Origin: the human T2T-CHM13v2.0 reference genome, Homo sapiens
Length of the DNA: 64,000 nt
Strand: one strand, 5' to 3'
NCBI RefSeq assembly: GCF_009914755.1
Contig: NC_060937.1
Position numbers and translations under genes: made by a program. The notes under the pieces were generated by a model. It saw only the letters and a program-made list of their open reading frames with translations. It had not been told where the DNA came from and did not search any database. This document shows, piece by piece, positions 14,246 to 31,182 of this stretch (the stretch's first letter is position 1; each line of letters begins with the position of its first letter).

Positions 14246-15456
14246 GAAAATACAAAATAGGGATAGTGTAGAAGAAATCTGAGAATGTTTTCTACAATTT
14301 AATGTGTATCACCTAGTAACTATATTTAATAATACTAGATTTATATTCTCTTAAGTATATGCCAATTGAGAATTGTGCAGTGAGTTCAGGGATGCTGTGA
14401 AGGAATTATTTTCAGAATTCAAAATTTTCAATGGATAATTGAGAATTAATTGCAATGATGAAACATATGTAACATGTAGTAGCTTATGTAAACATTAGTG
14501 TTAGATTAGATTTGTAAAATTCCTAGTTTTCCCAAAATATTTGAATTATGCTGTAGAAAAGTCCAGGGACTCACTCCTGCAACCCTAAATGTAGCTATAC
14601 TGATACAGGATTTGGCAGCCTAATAGATGTAGGGTTGGAGCACAAAGAAGTTTAAAAATACTCCATTCCATGGATGTTTAATAGATTTATACCTGTTGAT
14701 TATTAATTTTTGAGTTTGTGGATTAGGTATTATCCTCCATGATTAAAAAAATTGGAGAAAGAGGATAATCACTGTAAGAACGAATCAAGATTATGACTTT
14801 GTATGTTCAGACCAACATGGGAAGAAGAAATTCTTGGTAATACGTCAATTGGGATCTGCGATAGGCTGGAGAGGTTTTTGGGCAGATATGGGAAATAATG
14901 CTATTTTTAGTCTGTTCACTTTCATCAAGCTGACCACAAGGTGGGGAATAATACATTATATGAGGTCTGGATGACCTGCGATATCATCCAGAGTTATAAT
15001 AGAGAATTATATTACTTTAAAGAATGTATTTTTTAAATTTGGATATTTACACATGAGTTAGAGTCAAACAGTGTTTTTATAGCTATATCTTGACTAGTTA
15101 TGCCAACAATAATTATTTTTTAAAATTGTTTCTCAGTACTGTAAGGTTCTTATTTTATTGTTGAAAAAAACTTATTTTAAGTTCAGGGGTACATGTGCAA
15201 GTTCGTTACATAGGTAAATGTGTGTCATGGGGGTGGCACTCTTTTTATTTCAGTAAATTTTTGGGAAACAGGTGGTATTTGATTACATGAATAAGTTCTT
15301 TAGTGGCGATTTCTGAGATTTTGGTGCACCAGCCACCCAAGCAGTGTACACTGTACCCAAGGTGTAGTCTTTTATCCCCCGCCCCCTTCCCACCCTTTCC
15401 CCCAAGTCCCCAAAGTCCATTGTATCATTCCTATACCTTTGCCTCCTCGTAGCTTA

Positions 15457-15938
<482 letters not shown>

Positions 15939-16377
15939 TCAATTGATGGGTATTTGGGCTGGCTCCATATTTTTGCAATTGCAAATTGTGCTGCTATAAA
16001 CATGCATATGCAAGTATCTTTTTTGTATAATGATTTATTTTCCTCTGGGTAGACACCCAATAATGGGATTGCTGGATCACATGGTAGTTCTACTTTTAGT
16101 TCTTTAAGGAATCTCCACACTGTTTTCCATAGTGGTTGTACTAGCTTACATTCCCAATAGCAGTGTAAAAGTGTTCCCTTTTCACCACATCCACGCCAAC
16201 ATCTAATATTTTTTGATTTTTTGATTATGGCCATTCTTGCAGGAGTAAGGTGGTATCTATTGTATTGTGGTTTTGAATTGCATTTCCCTGATCTTTAGTG
16301 AGCATATATTGAAGTTTGTTGGCCATCTGTATATCTTCTTTTGAGAATTGTCTGTACATGTCCTTAGCCCACTTTTT

Positions 16378-16904
16378 TTTTTTAAATTATACTTTAAGTT
16401 CTGGGGTACATGTGCAGAATGTGCAGTTTTGTTATATAGGTATACATGTGCCATGGTGGTTTGCTGCACCCATCAACCCGTCAGCTACATTAGGTATTTC
16501 TCGTAATCCTATCCATCTCCTAGCCCCCCACCCCCTGACAGGCCCCGGTGTGTGATGTTCCCCTCCCTGTGTCCATGTCTTCTCATTGTTCAACTCCCAC
16601 TTATGAGTGAAAACATGCGGTGTTTGGTTTTCTGATCTTGTGATAGTTTGCTGAGAATGATGGTTTCCAGCTTCATCCATGTCCCTGCAAAGGACATGAA
16701 CTCGTCTTTCTTATGGTTGCATAGTATTCCATGGTATATGTATGTGCCACATTTTCTTAATCCATTCTATCATTGATGGACATTTCGGTTGGTTCCATGT
16801 CTTTGCTACTGTGAATAGTGCCGTAGTAAACATACGTGTGCATGTGTGTTTATCGTAGAACGATTTATAATCCTTTGAGTATATGCCCAGTAATGGAATT
16901 GCTG
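16378..16904 (-). mobile_element. 5'-truncated L1PA element nested in the older L1
   Basis: ttatactttaagttctggggtacatgtgcag is an L1PA 3' end; 15-bp TSD cttagcc(c/t)acttttt at 16363-16377 and 16905-16919. Confidence 0.9.
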
Positions 16905-17195
16905 CTTAGCCTACTTTTTGATGGGATTGTTCATTTTTTTATTGCTGATTTGTTTGAGTTCGTTGTACATTCTGGATATTAGTCGTTTGTTGGATGTTTA
17001 GATTGCGAAGGTTTTCTCCCACTCTGTGGGTTTTCTGTTTGCTGATTGTTTATTTTGCTGTACAGAAGCTTTTTAGTTTAATTAAGTCGCATCTTTTATC
17101 TTTGTTTTTGTTGCATTTTCTTTTGGGTTCTTGGTCTTGAAGTCTTTGCTTAAGCTCTTTGCCTAAGACTTTGTCTCTATATTTAAAAAAATATA

Positions 17196-17294
17196 TGTTG
17201 CCCAGGCTGCTCTTGAACTCCTGAACTCAAGCAATCCCCTTGCTTTGGCCTCCCAAAGTGCTGGGATTACAGGCATGAGGCACTGTGCCTGGCT
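17196..17294 (-). mobile_element. Alu left-arm fragment
   Basis: tgttgcccaggctg...tcccaaagtgctgggattacaggcatgag. Confidence 0.85.
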
Positions 17295-17857
17295 GCATTA
17301 TTATTTTAAATCCATAAAATCACACCTTTTTCAGCTTAAGATCATTTCTAGACTGTCCTCTCACTAAAAATACCCTGGAATCAATATACATGTTGTTAGT
17401 TTGAAAATTCTTTGCTAGGTTGAACAGCCATATTGGAAAAGTACCAAATCCCTTTAGGGTTTTGTTATTGGTAATATAAAGAGGACAGAGAATGTATTTC
17501 AAATTAGTTGTCATTTCATGAGGTGTTGCCCTTCATTTCTTGGCAGGTCTTAACTAGAATCTAGCCTCCTCTTATAATAGTTGAAAATGTGTCATGACTA
17601 ATTAATATGATACAATGAGAGCACTGTTTTCTGATTAATAAGGTGGGTGGACCTTATGAAATGTTATCTGAAGATCACGCACGTAATCTTTGATGGCTGT
17701 TATTGCGTTATATTGACTTGTGATTCCTGTGTGTTCAACTTCTAGTGTGAATAGTAAGGCCAAAAATTCAAAAGGGCTTTTGAAGTTGATTTGTAATTAA
17801 ATAGCATTATTAAAATAAAGAGTCAAAGCATTGTCAAGTGTGATAAATTCAGTGTCA

Positions 17858-18595
<738 letters not shown>

Positions 18596-18909
18596 GCCCT
18601 CCTCAAATCAGAAAGCATTCTCAACCATAGTACTTCCAAGCACCCTATTTGTGTTAGAAGTGTTTAAGGCAATGATAAAGTCAGTAAACTATTTCAAGCT
18701 GTTGGAAGTGCATCTCAGCACACGACAGTTGTGATTTCATAAGCTTCTTAAGGTTTCAAGTGCACAGCATTTTACCGCAGAACTATTACTGTCTCAGGAA
18801 TGAGGCCCATGGAACACAGGAAAATTCTCCACCCAGGGAGGAAGGCTGGGAGGCCTCAGCAGCCAATAGTGGTGTGACTGAGACTCTGGAGTCCCTTCAC
18901 ACTTGTGTC

Positions 18910-19098
18910 GCAGCTTACTACGGGTCACCTCCGTCCTAAGTGTCTTACATTTATTAATCATATATCCTCACAGATAGGGAAACTGAGGCACACAGCAGCC
19001 AAGGAACTCGTCCAAGGCCAACCAGGTAGTATATGGTGGAACTGGAGTGAAGGCAGGCTCCACAGTCCCTGTTCTTAACCTTTATACTCCACTGCTTC
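18910..19098 (-). mobile_element. MIR SINE
   Basis: Core acagatagggaaactgaggcacac...ccaaggcca. Confidence 0.75.
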
Positions 19099-20056
19099 TA
19101 ATTCCTTACTTTCTTTTATACAAGAATATAATTTAAAATCCTGCCCAACACTTGTTTTGTAAGATTCTAGTGGCATGGGAAGTGAGGGGTTACAGTTGGT
19201 GTCAGTCATATTTCAAATGGCTGGGAATAGGGGTGATAACATACACCCAAGGAAGTCACGCTGGCTGCTACAACATTGTGAGAATATCATTCTGCTGAGA
19301 TTTTACGCTTGCTGGTAGTTGACATAAAATGAAGCTTAGTCTATTATATACAATGCCAGCTTTTTCCTTCATCAGTTACAAGGCTTGACTTTAATGAAAG
19401 GAGAAGACTGCATTTTCAAGTTTGATCTAGAAGGCTATGAAGGCTCTGGTTGGAATTATTGAGAAAGACAAATCTCAGGTGATCTGAACGTGTTAAATTG
19501 TAAGAGTACTTAATGTGAATTGGAGGAAGCAATTCTCTGAAGCAAAGGGGGAGGAATTTGTATCTTGGAAAGAATTGCCTTTGTCTTTTATTATTTATGC
19601 AGTTGATAATTGCAATATTGCCACTTCACATATGAAAATATCATTGTAGTAAATTTATGTAGAGTTGGCTAACAAAGTTCCCATCCATCTTTGCTTTAGT
19701 TCAATTGCCATTAGTTTCCCAGAGTACTTTCTAATTCCTCTACCACAGTACTCATGCTTTATTTTGATTTTAATTGTGTTATATTTTCTCTTCTAGTTAG
19801 TCAAATAAGCGAGGTCCTGGTGCACCTCTGTCTTGTCCATCATTGAATTCCTAGGCTTACCACAGTGCCTGACGTAGAGTTGGTGTTGGCAGCTATTTGT
19901 AGGATGAATGAATACATGACTGTGTTAAGCAGACATCAAAGGCGTATAAAATTGAAATCTAGTTGTTGTAAGACTTAAAAAGAGAGGAGATCCTTATAGA
20001 TGAGTGCTGGTTGTTTGCAGGATCATTATTATTCTCTGATGATCAAAAAACTGTTT

Positions 20057-20192
20057 ACGCATGCACCAGTAGTCCCAGCTACTCAGGAGGCTGAGGCGGG
20101 AGGATCCCTTGAGCTTGGGAGGCAGAGGTTGCAGTGAGCTGAGATCACGCCACTGCACTCCATAGAGCCAGACCCTGTTTTAAAAAGAAAAG
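20057..20192 (+). mobile_element. Alu right-arm monomer
   Basis: gtagtcccagctactcaggaggctgagg...gcagtgagctgagatc. Confidence 0.85.
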
Positions 20193-20679
20193 AACGGTTT
20201 ACAGATCAGTGAGAGAGGTGTTTTCCTAAATATTTAAATGTTTGCTTGCCCATGCTACTTTTCCAAATCCTAATTGTCCTTTTCCCCCTCAAATGCTCCT
20301 TCCTTTGTGAAGCCGTCCTTGATTCCCTTGTTGGACTCTGTTCACCGTGTCTGATTTTTACCTCTTCTAGTGCACTGACTATTCTTACCGTGTATTGTTT
20401 TTATTTTTTGGTACATGTGTTGTTGTTTGTTCTACTAGACTATAAACTCTTGAGTGTGAAAACCATGTCTACTTAACCAGCCTGCTTCCGAGAGTGAAAA
20501 GGGACGCTAATCAGATAGGACACCGAGTAATAGATGTGTTCAAGGCTGTGCGAGGCAAACCTGATGGCTGGTTACTCTCCAGTAATCTTTAGCTTATTGA
20601 AAAAGCAGAGGCCACTTGCACCTGTTTACAAGCAGGTGAGATGGGCCTGAGAAGGTGATTGAATTGCAGATTCAAAACG

Positions 20680-20885
20680 CTGGTTTGTGTCTTAGTCTTA
20701 TCTCTGTCACTTCACTAGTCTAATGACTGTGGGTAATTTATTTCATCTTGAAGACCCTCATTTTACTGACATGTTAAGTAGTGATGACCATTTATTTCCT
20801 GCTGTTTCTTAGGCCCCCTCCTTTTTGTGTTTTGAGGAAGAGAAGATATAAAAAAACGCCCTTGAGAGCTGTGAAGTGTCATAGA
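20680..20885 (+). mobile_element. MIR SINE (degenerate)
   Basis: tctctgtcacttcactagtctaatgactgtgggtaattta...cctcattttac. Confidence 0.55.
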
Positions 20886-21281
20886 TACTACAATATCGTT
20901 TTAGAATCAATTGAAGACTTTCTAACTTTGTAAACAAATTTGAATCTGATGACTGAAATGCTAATCTATAAAATGGTTTTTTAGTAATAAAGTGAGACTT
21001 AATACAGTGCTTTTAAATAGTATGAAATAAGTAAATAAATATTGTAGTTTTTGTTAGTATCATTATATTCCTTGTTCTTTTAATTCATTTTTAAACTTAG
21101 AATTGTTTCCTACAGATAAACAAATGTCAGCTTGGGTCCATCTACTACATCTTATTGTCACTTTCACTTCATTGCATCATTGCTCTTAATCAGAATAAAG
21201 GGTGAATTTAGCAGGTTGTAGGGTTTGAGTAGTGCTAAGTATTGTGAGGAATTGTGCTCAAGGTAATTAATTATAAATCAT

Positions 21282-21572
<291 letters not shown>

Positions 21573-21827
21573 TCATGATCTCTGCTATTTTAATATTTTG
21601 CTCAGTATTTGAAATAAGCTTTATAATGTAGGCTATAGTAAAACACAGCAATTAAGTGCTTAAAACAAGAATATCCCAACTGTAGGTACAGCATACTTTA
21701 CCTAAACTATATGACTCTTATTTCTATCCAGCAATGGGATCAAAAACTTGATGCATTTCAGAAAACACGAGGTTAAGCAAGACGTGGGAGGATTTTGACT
21801 TGTGGTAAATTTTGAAAGAAATTGTAA

Positions 21828-22203
<376 letters not shown>

Positions 22204-24685
22204 GTAAAATTAAATTTAATATCTGATCTGACGGACTAAACAAAAGATCTCTTGCCTTTCACCAGTTTACCAGCTTTCTGTTCTTTTTCACTCTTAGTTC
22301 ACTAAGTGTGAGTGGACTGTGAGGCATGAGCAGGAAGGGGTGGCATTGGGCATTTACAGCAAGAGACCCTCATGCTAAGTGAAGTGTTATCAAATCTTCA
22401 TTTTTTTGCTTATACTGTAAAATTGCCAATTATATTCATAGTTATTGTAAGTTATATTCCGAAGTTTAACTGGAAAAATATTATTTTGCAACCAAAAAGG
22501 TACCAATTAATATTCCTGTTCATGAAACAATAAAAAGAATTGAATCAGGGAGAAATGAAAACAGCTCATTTTAAATATTCAAATTTAAAATGATATAAAA
22601 TAGGGATATAAAATAAAAGCATTTTATATGAGGTATAGAGGAAAGAAATTACAACTTCAAAACAAATCCTTGTGATCAGCTTCCATGAGGAGGACCTTAG
22701 CAATGTATACCAAATTTAAATGTGAAGCTTCTTACCTTCTTCTTACCTCATCTTCTTAAAAGATACATCTAAAAGAAAAACTAAAATTTGTATCGATATG
22801 TTTAATTAAAGCATTATTGTTATTATTATGTAAAGCAGAAAGAAACTTCTGAAAAATAGTTGAGTGATACATTTAAGCATTTCACCTAAGGAAATTTAGT
22901 GTTATTTAAACTGATTAACAGTATTTGGCAAAGTATTTTCATTAGCGTTCTAATATTAAAGCTAGCATTTCTTTAAAGGAGGGAGGCTAAAATTCATCCC
23001 AAAGCTTGTTTTTGTTAACTCAAATTTTCTCAGTGTTATTGCTGAACAAGTTACTGAATTTTCTCTGGGTATCTTCTATATTGCCTTTCTTTGATTCTTG
23101 TCAGTGCAACCAGTCTAAGGTTTTACATGATAAAGGAAATCTGTGGAGCTAATCCTAGAAACCTCTTTCTATTTTCTTACCTAACACCTCCAGGCACAGA
23201 GAAGACAAAATACTTCATTTGCATTCTTAAACATTAGGAACTCAGAATAAGTCTTTCAACTGGAAATGTTATTGCATCTACATTTCCCGAAGAGAAAAAG
23301 GTTAACAGCCTACTCAGGTTTATGTTAACTCATCTCTTTTTAGTATCCTGATGTGCACAAAGAGTGAAGAATGTGAGGCTTACCCACCCAGGCTCTTTCT
23401 TCTTTACAATCAATGAGACTCTGGAAGTGGTATCAGTGCTGATTACAGGGAAATAAAAAGAAAAAATCAAATATGCACAAAAGAAATGGAAAACACTAAC
23501 ATACTTTAATCTTAGTCTTCTAGGAATAGAAAGAAAATTTCCAAAATTAATAACGAACATAGTAATTCAAATTTTTTAAAATAAAAAGTTTCCTCCATAA
23601 ATTTGAAAAGCTTACCAGGAAAGTACAAAGATATTGAGATTTATAGTTTGTTTGTTGAAATGGTTTTTATTAAAGTAATCAATACCAAAAAACTCTTGTT
23701 TGTTCTAAGTACCTTGGTCAGAAACCCGAAACATTTAATAAAAGAAATTGAACAATTTTTTGACTTAATGTTTGCTAAAAAGTAGAAATGGAAATCATTT
23801 AATTGCCAGATATTAAAAACAGAAAGTTTTCTATTGCTGTAATACTCACTCCCCATCAGTGTAGGAGAAACAAGGTTTTATATTTAACTATAATATATTC
23901 CTTAAAATATACTTAAGTGGGAAACTTAACTTCTGCCGACAGTTACAGTGGGGAAAGTTACCACTGTTCTCTTTCCCTAACTAAATACCGTACATAGCTA
24001 TCATCTGGAAGTAATAGTATTACTTCAGTGCATTGTGCCAGTAGACACTTAATACAGAATATACTTTAGACTAAATGAAATCCAGATCCCAGTAATACTG
24101 AAACAGAAAGACACAGGTTCCTTTGGTTAAACTAAGTCATAGTGTACAGTGTACTATAAATTAAATACAGTTTGTGAGTATGTCATTAGATTTTAATTGA
24201 ATTTGCAATTAGCATCCCAAACATTTAAAAATCGTGTGGGTTTATAAGTTTTTACTTTTGAATTTTAAAATAATAGAACCTTTACCCCCTTCCACTACCC
24301 ATCTCCCATAGCAATCACATCCATTTATGTTCTTATCCTAATGAATCAGCTAAATTGGGTTTTAATTTACAATGAGCTGGTAAGAGTTAAAGAAAATGAC
24401 TCCTATAAATGTAGTAGGTGAGAGGCTGAGGGCATCCTCTTCTAGGTTATTCTGCTCCTTCCTACCTTTGTTGATGCCCCACAGTCAGTGTTGGGGAAAA
24501 TTAATTAGGATTTATATTCCAGTCTTCTCTAATGTGTTGTCACCATTGCACAGACTCAGGACTTCCAGTGCAGTGTTGACTAGTACCAGTGCACATCCTT
24601 ACCCAGGGGACTGGAACTTACCCAGGATCACAAAAATGACACTAGGAATGTTTCTCCCCTCTCAGCATTCAAATGTTCTCCTTAT

Positions 24686-25204
24686 CTTTTATTTTTATAT
24701 ATTTATTTTTGAGACAAGATTTTGCTCTGTTGCCCAGGCTGGAGTGCAGTGGTGTGAACATGGCTCACTGCAGCCTTGACCTCCTGGGCTCAAGCAGTCC
24801 TCCTGCCCTGGCCTCCTGTGTAGCTGGGACCATGCCTGGTTAATTTTTAAATTTTTTTTTGTAGAAACAGGGCCCCACTGTGTTGTCCAGGCTGATCTTG
24901 AACTCCTGGGCTTTACCTTTTATTATTTTAATTTAATTTTATTTTTTGAGACAGAGTGTCGCTTTGTCACCCAGGCTGGAGCACAGTGGTGTGATCTTGG
25001 CTCACTGCAACCTCTGTCTCCCAGGTTCAATAGATTCTCCTGCCTCAGCTCCTGAGTTGCTAGGATTACAGGAGCATGCCACCATGCCCAGCTAATTTTT
25101 GTAGTTTTAGTAGAGATGGTTTCACCCTGTTGGTCAGGCTGTGATCCAGGCACCTTGGCCTCCCAAAGTGCTGAGATTACAGGCATGAGCCACTGTGCCC
25201 AGCC
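24686..25204 (-). mobile_element. Two antisense Alus (AluJ 24686-24912, AluS 24920-25204), both partly deleted
   Basis: Alu arms with internal deletions; ccttatctttt on the outer flanks. Confidence 0.88.
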
Positions 25205-25399
25205 TTATCTTTTATTTTTAATGATTATTGTTTAAAGTACACTGAGTTCAGGTTAAAAACCAACTGCCAAAGTAAATTTTAACACCTAAAAGCTGGGAGA
25301 AGGGGCCATTCTTCTTTTATGCAGTAACTCTTTGGAGTCCAGATACTAACATGCCCCAGATTTCATCCTGGTGCTAAACTGACTTGTTTTCCAATTAAA

Positions 25400-26500
25400 A
25401 AAAATAAAAGTCTGAGTAATATTGCGTAGGAGTACCAGAAATGGCCTTGTTGGAAACCAAAACTATTTACATTCGTTAAGAAATCTGTTTGCAGGTGTGT
25501 CTGCCACATTTACAGCACAGTGTACAGCTCCTGGCACTCAATACACAGTGTTGCACAGCTTGCCGCAGGAGCATAAAGTGGAGGTAGTAAAAAGGTAAGG
25601 AAGAAAGAGGGAGGAGGATGAGTTGTTCTCTATTCATTTGCTTCTCATTTCATCACTGATTTGGTGGTACCCAGACCTTTACAGAGCCGGTCTCCATAAT
25701 ACTGGTGCAGGTGGCCTGATGCCCAGTTTCTGTTGCTCAGATAATGCAGTCTCATCTCGTCTGTGATTTCAGCAGCACTCATGGCAATGGGAACATTCTT
25801 CTTCTTTGCAACCCAGGAGTGAGATTGAATCTCTGATTAAAGAGCAAAGCTTGAGTGTTTTGGACATGGTAATGCTGCAGAGGTGAGTTCCTGTTCTGGC
25901 TGTCCATGTCCAAACAAGTGAAACAAATGTTTTCATACTTTGCAGTTGCCACGTTCATTCATTCATTCATTCATTCATTCATTCATTCATTCATTTTTGA
26001 GACGAGTTTCGCTCTTGTTGCCCAGGCTGGAATGCAATGGCATGATCTTGGCTCACTGCAACCTCTGCCTGCTGGCTCAAGTGATTCTCCTGCCTCAGCC
26101 TTCCGAGTAGCTGGGATAACAGGTGCACACCACCATGCCTGGCTATTTTTTATATTTTTAGTAGAGACGGGGTTTCACCATGTTGACCAGGCTGGTCTCA
26201 AACTCCTGACCTCAGGTAATCTGCCCGCCTCGGCCTCCCAAAGTGCTGGGATTACAGGAGTGAGCCACCACACCCGGTCTGCAGTTGCCACATTTAACCT
26301 TTAGTGCTAAGTAAACATTTCACCATGGTTCACTTTGTACAAAATGAGAATCTTTACTGAAGCATCCCAGCCAAACATAAGAATGTACTTTACAATTTTT
26401 TTTTTTTTTTTTTTTTAAGCCTAAAGTCCCTGGAAGAGGCTGGCAAACTGGCTTGAGAAACACTTCACTGGGCATAGAGCTGCTGAAGCTGCTCCTAGTC
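25400..26500 (-). pseudogene. ARF-family (ARF1-like) processed pseudogene, decayed and interrupted by an Alu
   Basis: Minus-strand translation gives [82 protein letters not shown] and ATC..GDRLCKGL, collinear with ARF GTPases, intronless, with stops and frameshifts. It is followed by ARF1-like 3'UTR blocks. Confidence 0.9.
25953..26279 (-). mobile_element. AluS with (TTCA)n tail inserted in the ARF pseudogene
   Basis: TSD tgcagttgccac at 25941-25952 and 26280-26291. Confidence 0.95.
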
Positions 26501-27574
26501 CGTGTGTTGATTTCACTCCTATAAGTTGGTGGCTACTCTGAAATAGTTTTCAAAATTTTTATTGTAAAATAAAAGGCAGTTACAGGAGAACTATACAAAA
26601 GAAACCTATGGCTTAATGAACTATTATAGGGCGAACTATTTTGAAATCATGAAATAGGTCCAGACGCAGATGTTTACCCTGAATCCTGGAAAGCTGTGTG
26701 ACCCATCTCAGTGCTAACCTCCGGCCTCTCTCTAAACATACCCATTCCTTTGGCTTTTATAGTAATCATTTTTTTTTGCGTTTAAAAATAATTTTATTGT
26801 CCAAATGTGCCACCTTGGACACAATATTTAAGTCTTGTCCATTTATTTTTAAATTTGATAAGTCTTTAAAATCTTAGTCTGTAGGCTCCTCTTGCTTCCT
26901 TTTCTTCATGACTTATCTGTTGAAGAACTTGGGTGTTTGACTTACAGAGTCTTACCCCAGTCTTGACTTAGCTCACTGCATGGCGATGCTATAGCTCAGT
27001 GGTTTCCCCCATTCTTGGTGTTTCCTACAAATTGGCACTTGAATTCAGAGATGGGATCAGACTTGGATTTGATGCCTTTGATGAAGACTATAGGAGGCAC
27101 ATAATGTCTTTTTAGCTCTTTTTAAGATATAAGCAGACTTTGATGCTTACTGCCCATATCTAGTAATTTATTGGATTACAAAATTTTGGTAGTTTAATGC
27201 TAACATTTTTTTCATTAGTTAATTGGAATATATTTAGAAAGAAACCCTTCTTCTCATTTACTGTTTTATTACCACTGGTACAATTCATATATGAGAAGCA
27301 AGATAAATGCTTAATTCTTTACCTTTATTTACTATTTCTGAAGTAATGATTGGTTCCTTATCATCCCTCGAAGTTAGCCAATTCTTTTGAAGAAATCACT
27401 ATGAAGTCATACTGTTGAAATTACTGTGAAGTCAAGTTGTTCCTCTTTGGTCCGTGGGGCTTAAGTTGACTCACGGGTCTTTTTGACTTGACCTCATAAT
27501 CTTCTCTAGCTTCCTTACTATCTGATCTGACAGGACATTCCAGGCTCATGTTTTACATTTTCTGTTCCAACTCT

Positions 27575-27885
27575 TTATTTTTATTTATTTATTTATTTAT
27601 TTTTGAGACAGAGTCTCACTCTGTCACCCAGGCTGGAGTGCAGTGGCGCAATCTTGGCTCACTGCAAGCTCTGCCTCCCGGGTTCACACTGTTCTCCTGC
27701 CTCAGCCTCCTGAGTAGGACTGCTGGAGCCTGCCACCATGCCTGGCTAATTTTGTTTTTGTATTTTTAGTATAGATGGGGTTTCACCATGTTAGCTAGAA
27801 TGGTCTCGATTTCCTGACCTCGTGATCCACCCGCCTTGGCCTCCCAAAGTGCTGGGATTACAGGCGTGAGCCACAGTGCCTGGCC
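27575..27885 (-). mobile_element. AluY-like
   Basis: actgcaagctctgcc and gttagctagaatggtctcgat; TSD ttctgttc(c)aactct. Confidence 0.92.
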
Positions 27886-28024
27886 TTCTGTTCAACTCTA
27901 ATCAGCCATCTTTTCAAAATGCCTTGGCTTCTTCTAATGGTATTTGGAGATCACAGTTGGGGTACTAGGCATGGTCATTGCTACTGATTGGTCATTTTAA
28001 GCCTTTTTAGTTGCAGGCTAGGAA

Positions 28025-28330
28025 AAAAAATATACATATATATTAACAGGTTTTTAACATATACGTTTTATGTTATATATGTATATTGCTTATAATACAA
28101 TATGTTATCTTAACTATATTATATTAATAAAATATATACCATATGGCAATATATTTACTATATAAATATGTTTAAATATAATGCCAACCCTAACCCAAAA
28201 TAGGGTATGTATATAAAACAAATTTATATTATAATAATCATACTGTATTAATAAAATGCACATAACATTTTTCTCATATATAATGTATATAACAATATAG
28301 AAGTATAATTAAATAAAGTCTACATTTTAT
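28025..28330. repeat. AT-rich low-complexity region
   Basis: Degenerate (TA)-rich sequence with very few G/C. Confidence 0.8.
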
Positions 28331-28787
28331 GTGAGACAAAACAACTCCTGTGTTCATAGCAATATTTTCCATTACAATTCAAAATTGCAGAACTTTAACC
28401 TCTTTGTTGCCTCTGTGTATCTTCATTCTTCTGGATTCAGAATTCTGACTCTCAAGGATAGGGGAAATGACAGAATTAGAGTATCTCACAATTGCTTATT
28501 TGTCTTGTCCTGTGCTATACACAGAGCAATCTCAGGATAACAATGTTAATACCACTACCAATATGATTACTAAAAACATTAAAAATGTATTTGTACATAA
28601 TCTTCCTGTAATATTAAAAAAAAAGTTGTACTATATCTATATTGTCAGAAAATGTGGCTGTTATCTATAAGGTTTTATATATATATCTCCTTAGCTTTCA
28701 TTTAGTTTTAGCTCTACAAGTAAATCCCGACTCTTTTTGTTGATATCTCTTTTGTCATTTTAGTTTCCTGAAGCTCATTCTCTAGTA

Positions 28788-29428
<641 letters not shown>

Positions 29429-29528
29429 TTGTATTGGACTTCTCAGAGTTTATGAGTTCTTGCATGTTGTTAAATTTTCTCTGCCTTTCATAGTTGCACT
29501 GACTTCTATGGATTTAAAATTCTTAGCT

Positions 29529-29832
<304 letters not shown>

Positions 29833-30472
29833 TTATTAGCTCATACTTTCTTTCCTTGAATTTCTTACTCAAAAGAGTTTATTATTCCATTTTCTTTTGG
29901 TATAAAATGTTGCTGTCAAAGTCTGATGATTATTTAAATTTCTCTTTTGTATAAGTTACCTATTCCTGTTTTTTTTTTTTTTCATTTTCTTTTACTTAAG
30001 TAATATTGCTAGAATTTTTCTTGGTATGTTGGTCATCCTGGAATGAATTTCTCCTGTAGTGTGGTCTTTTAATATGTATTTTTAGTTCAAGTAAATTTTC
30101 TTGAGTTGTATTTTTAATATTTGCTCTTTTTTTTGCTTTGGTTCTCTTCAAGGATTCCTATTATTCATATGTTGGATGTTCTTTTTTATTTTCAATATTT
30201 CTCATCTTCTGTATTATTTATTCATTTTTTATATTTAAATTAAATATTTTTATTTTCAATTTGTCTTTCTCATAAGGCATTGTCTGTTTTCCTTATTCAC
30301 TCTTACATTCTTTGTAGCTGTTTTCATTTCTGGAATGATTTTCTTTTTCATTTCTAGTTGTATCCTGAGTTCTGTCATCTCATTTCTGAGCTTTTCTAAA
30401 TCTGATTTATACTATTTTATGTTATGTGTCACTTAAAAATGTCTTTTAACTTGTTTTGAAATATTAGATGAT

Positions 30473-31182
<710 letters not shown>

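Noticed and set aside
14966-14992. Hairpin tctggatga-N9-tcatccaga
   Set aside because: A 9-bp stem is expected by chance in 64 kb, and no ncRNA features surround it.
26396-26416. Poly-T run as a retroposon poly(A) tail
   Set aside because: It falls near the 5' end of the ARF pseudogene CDS where the KKE codons belong, so it is better explained as an expanded A run.
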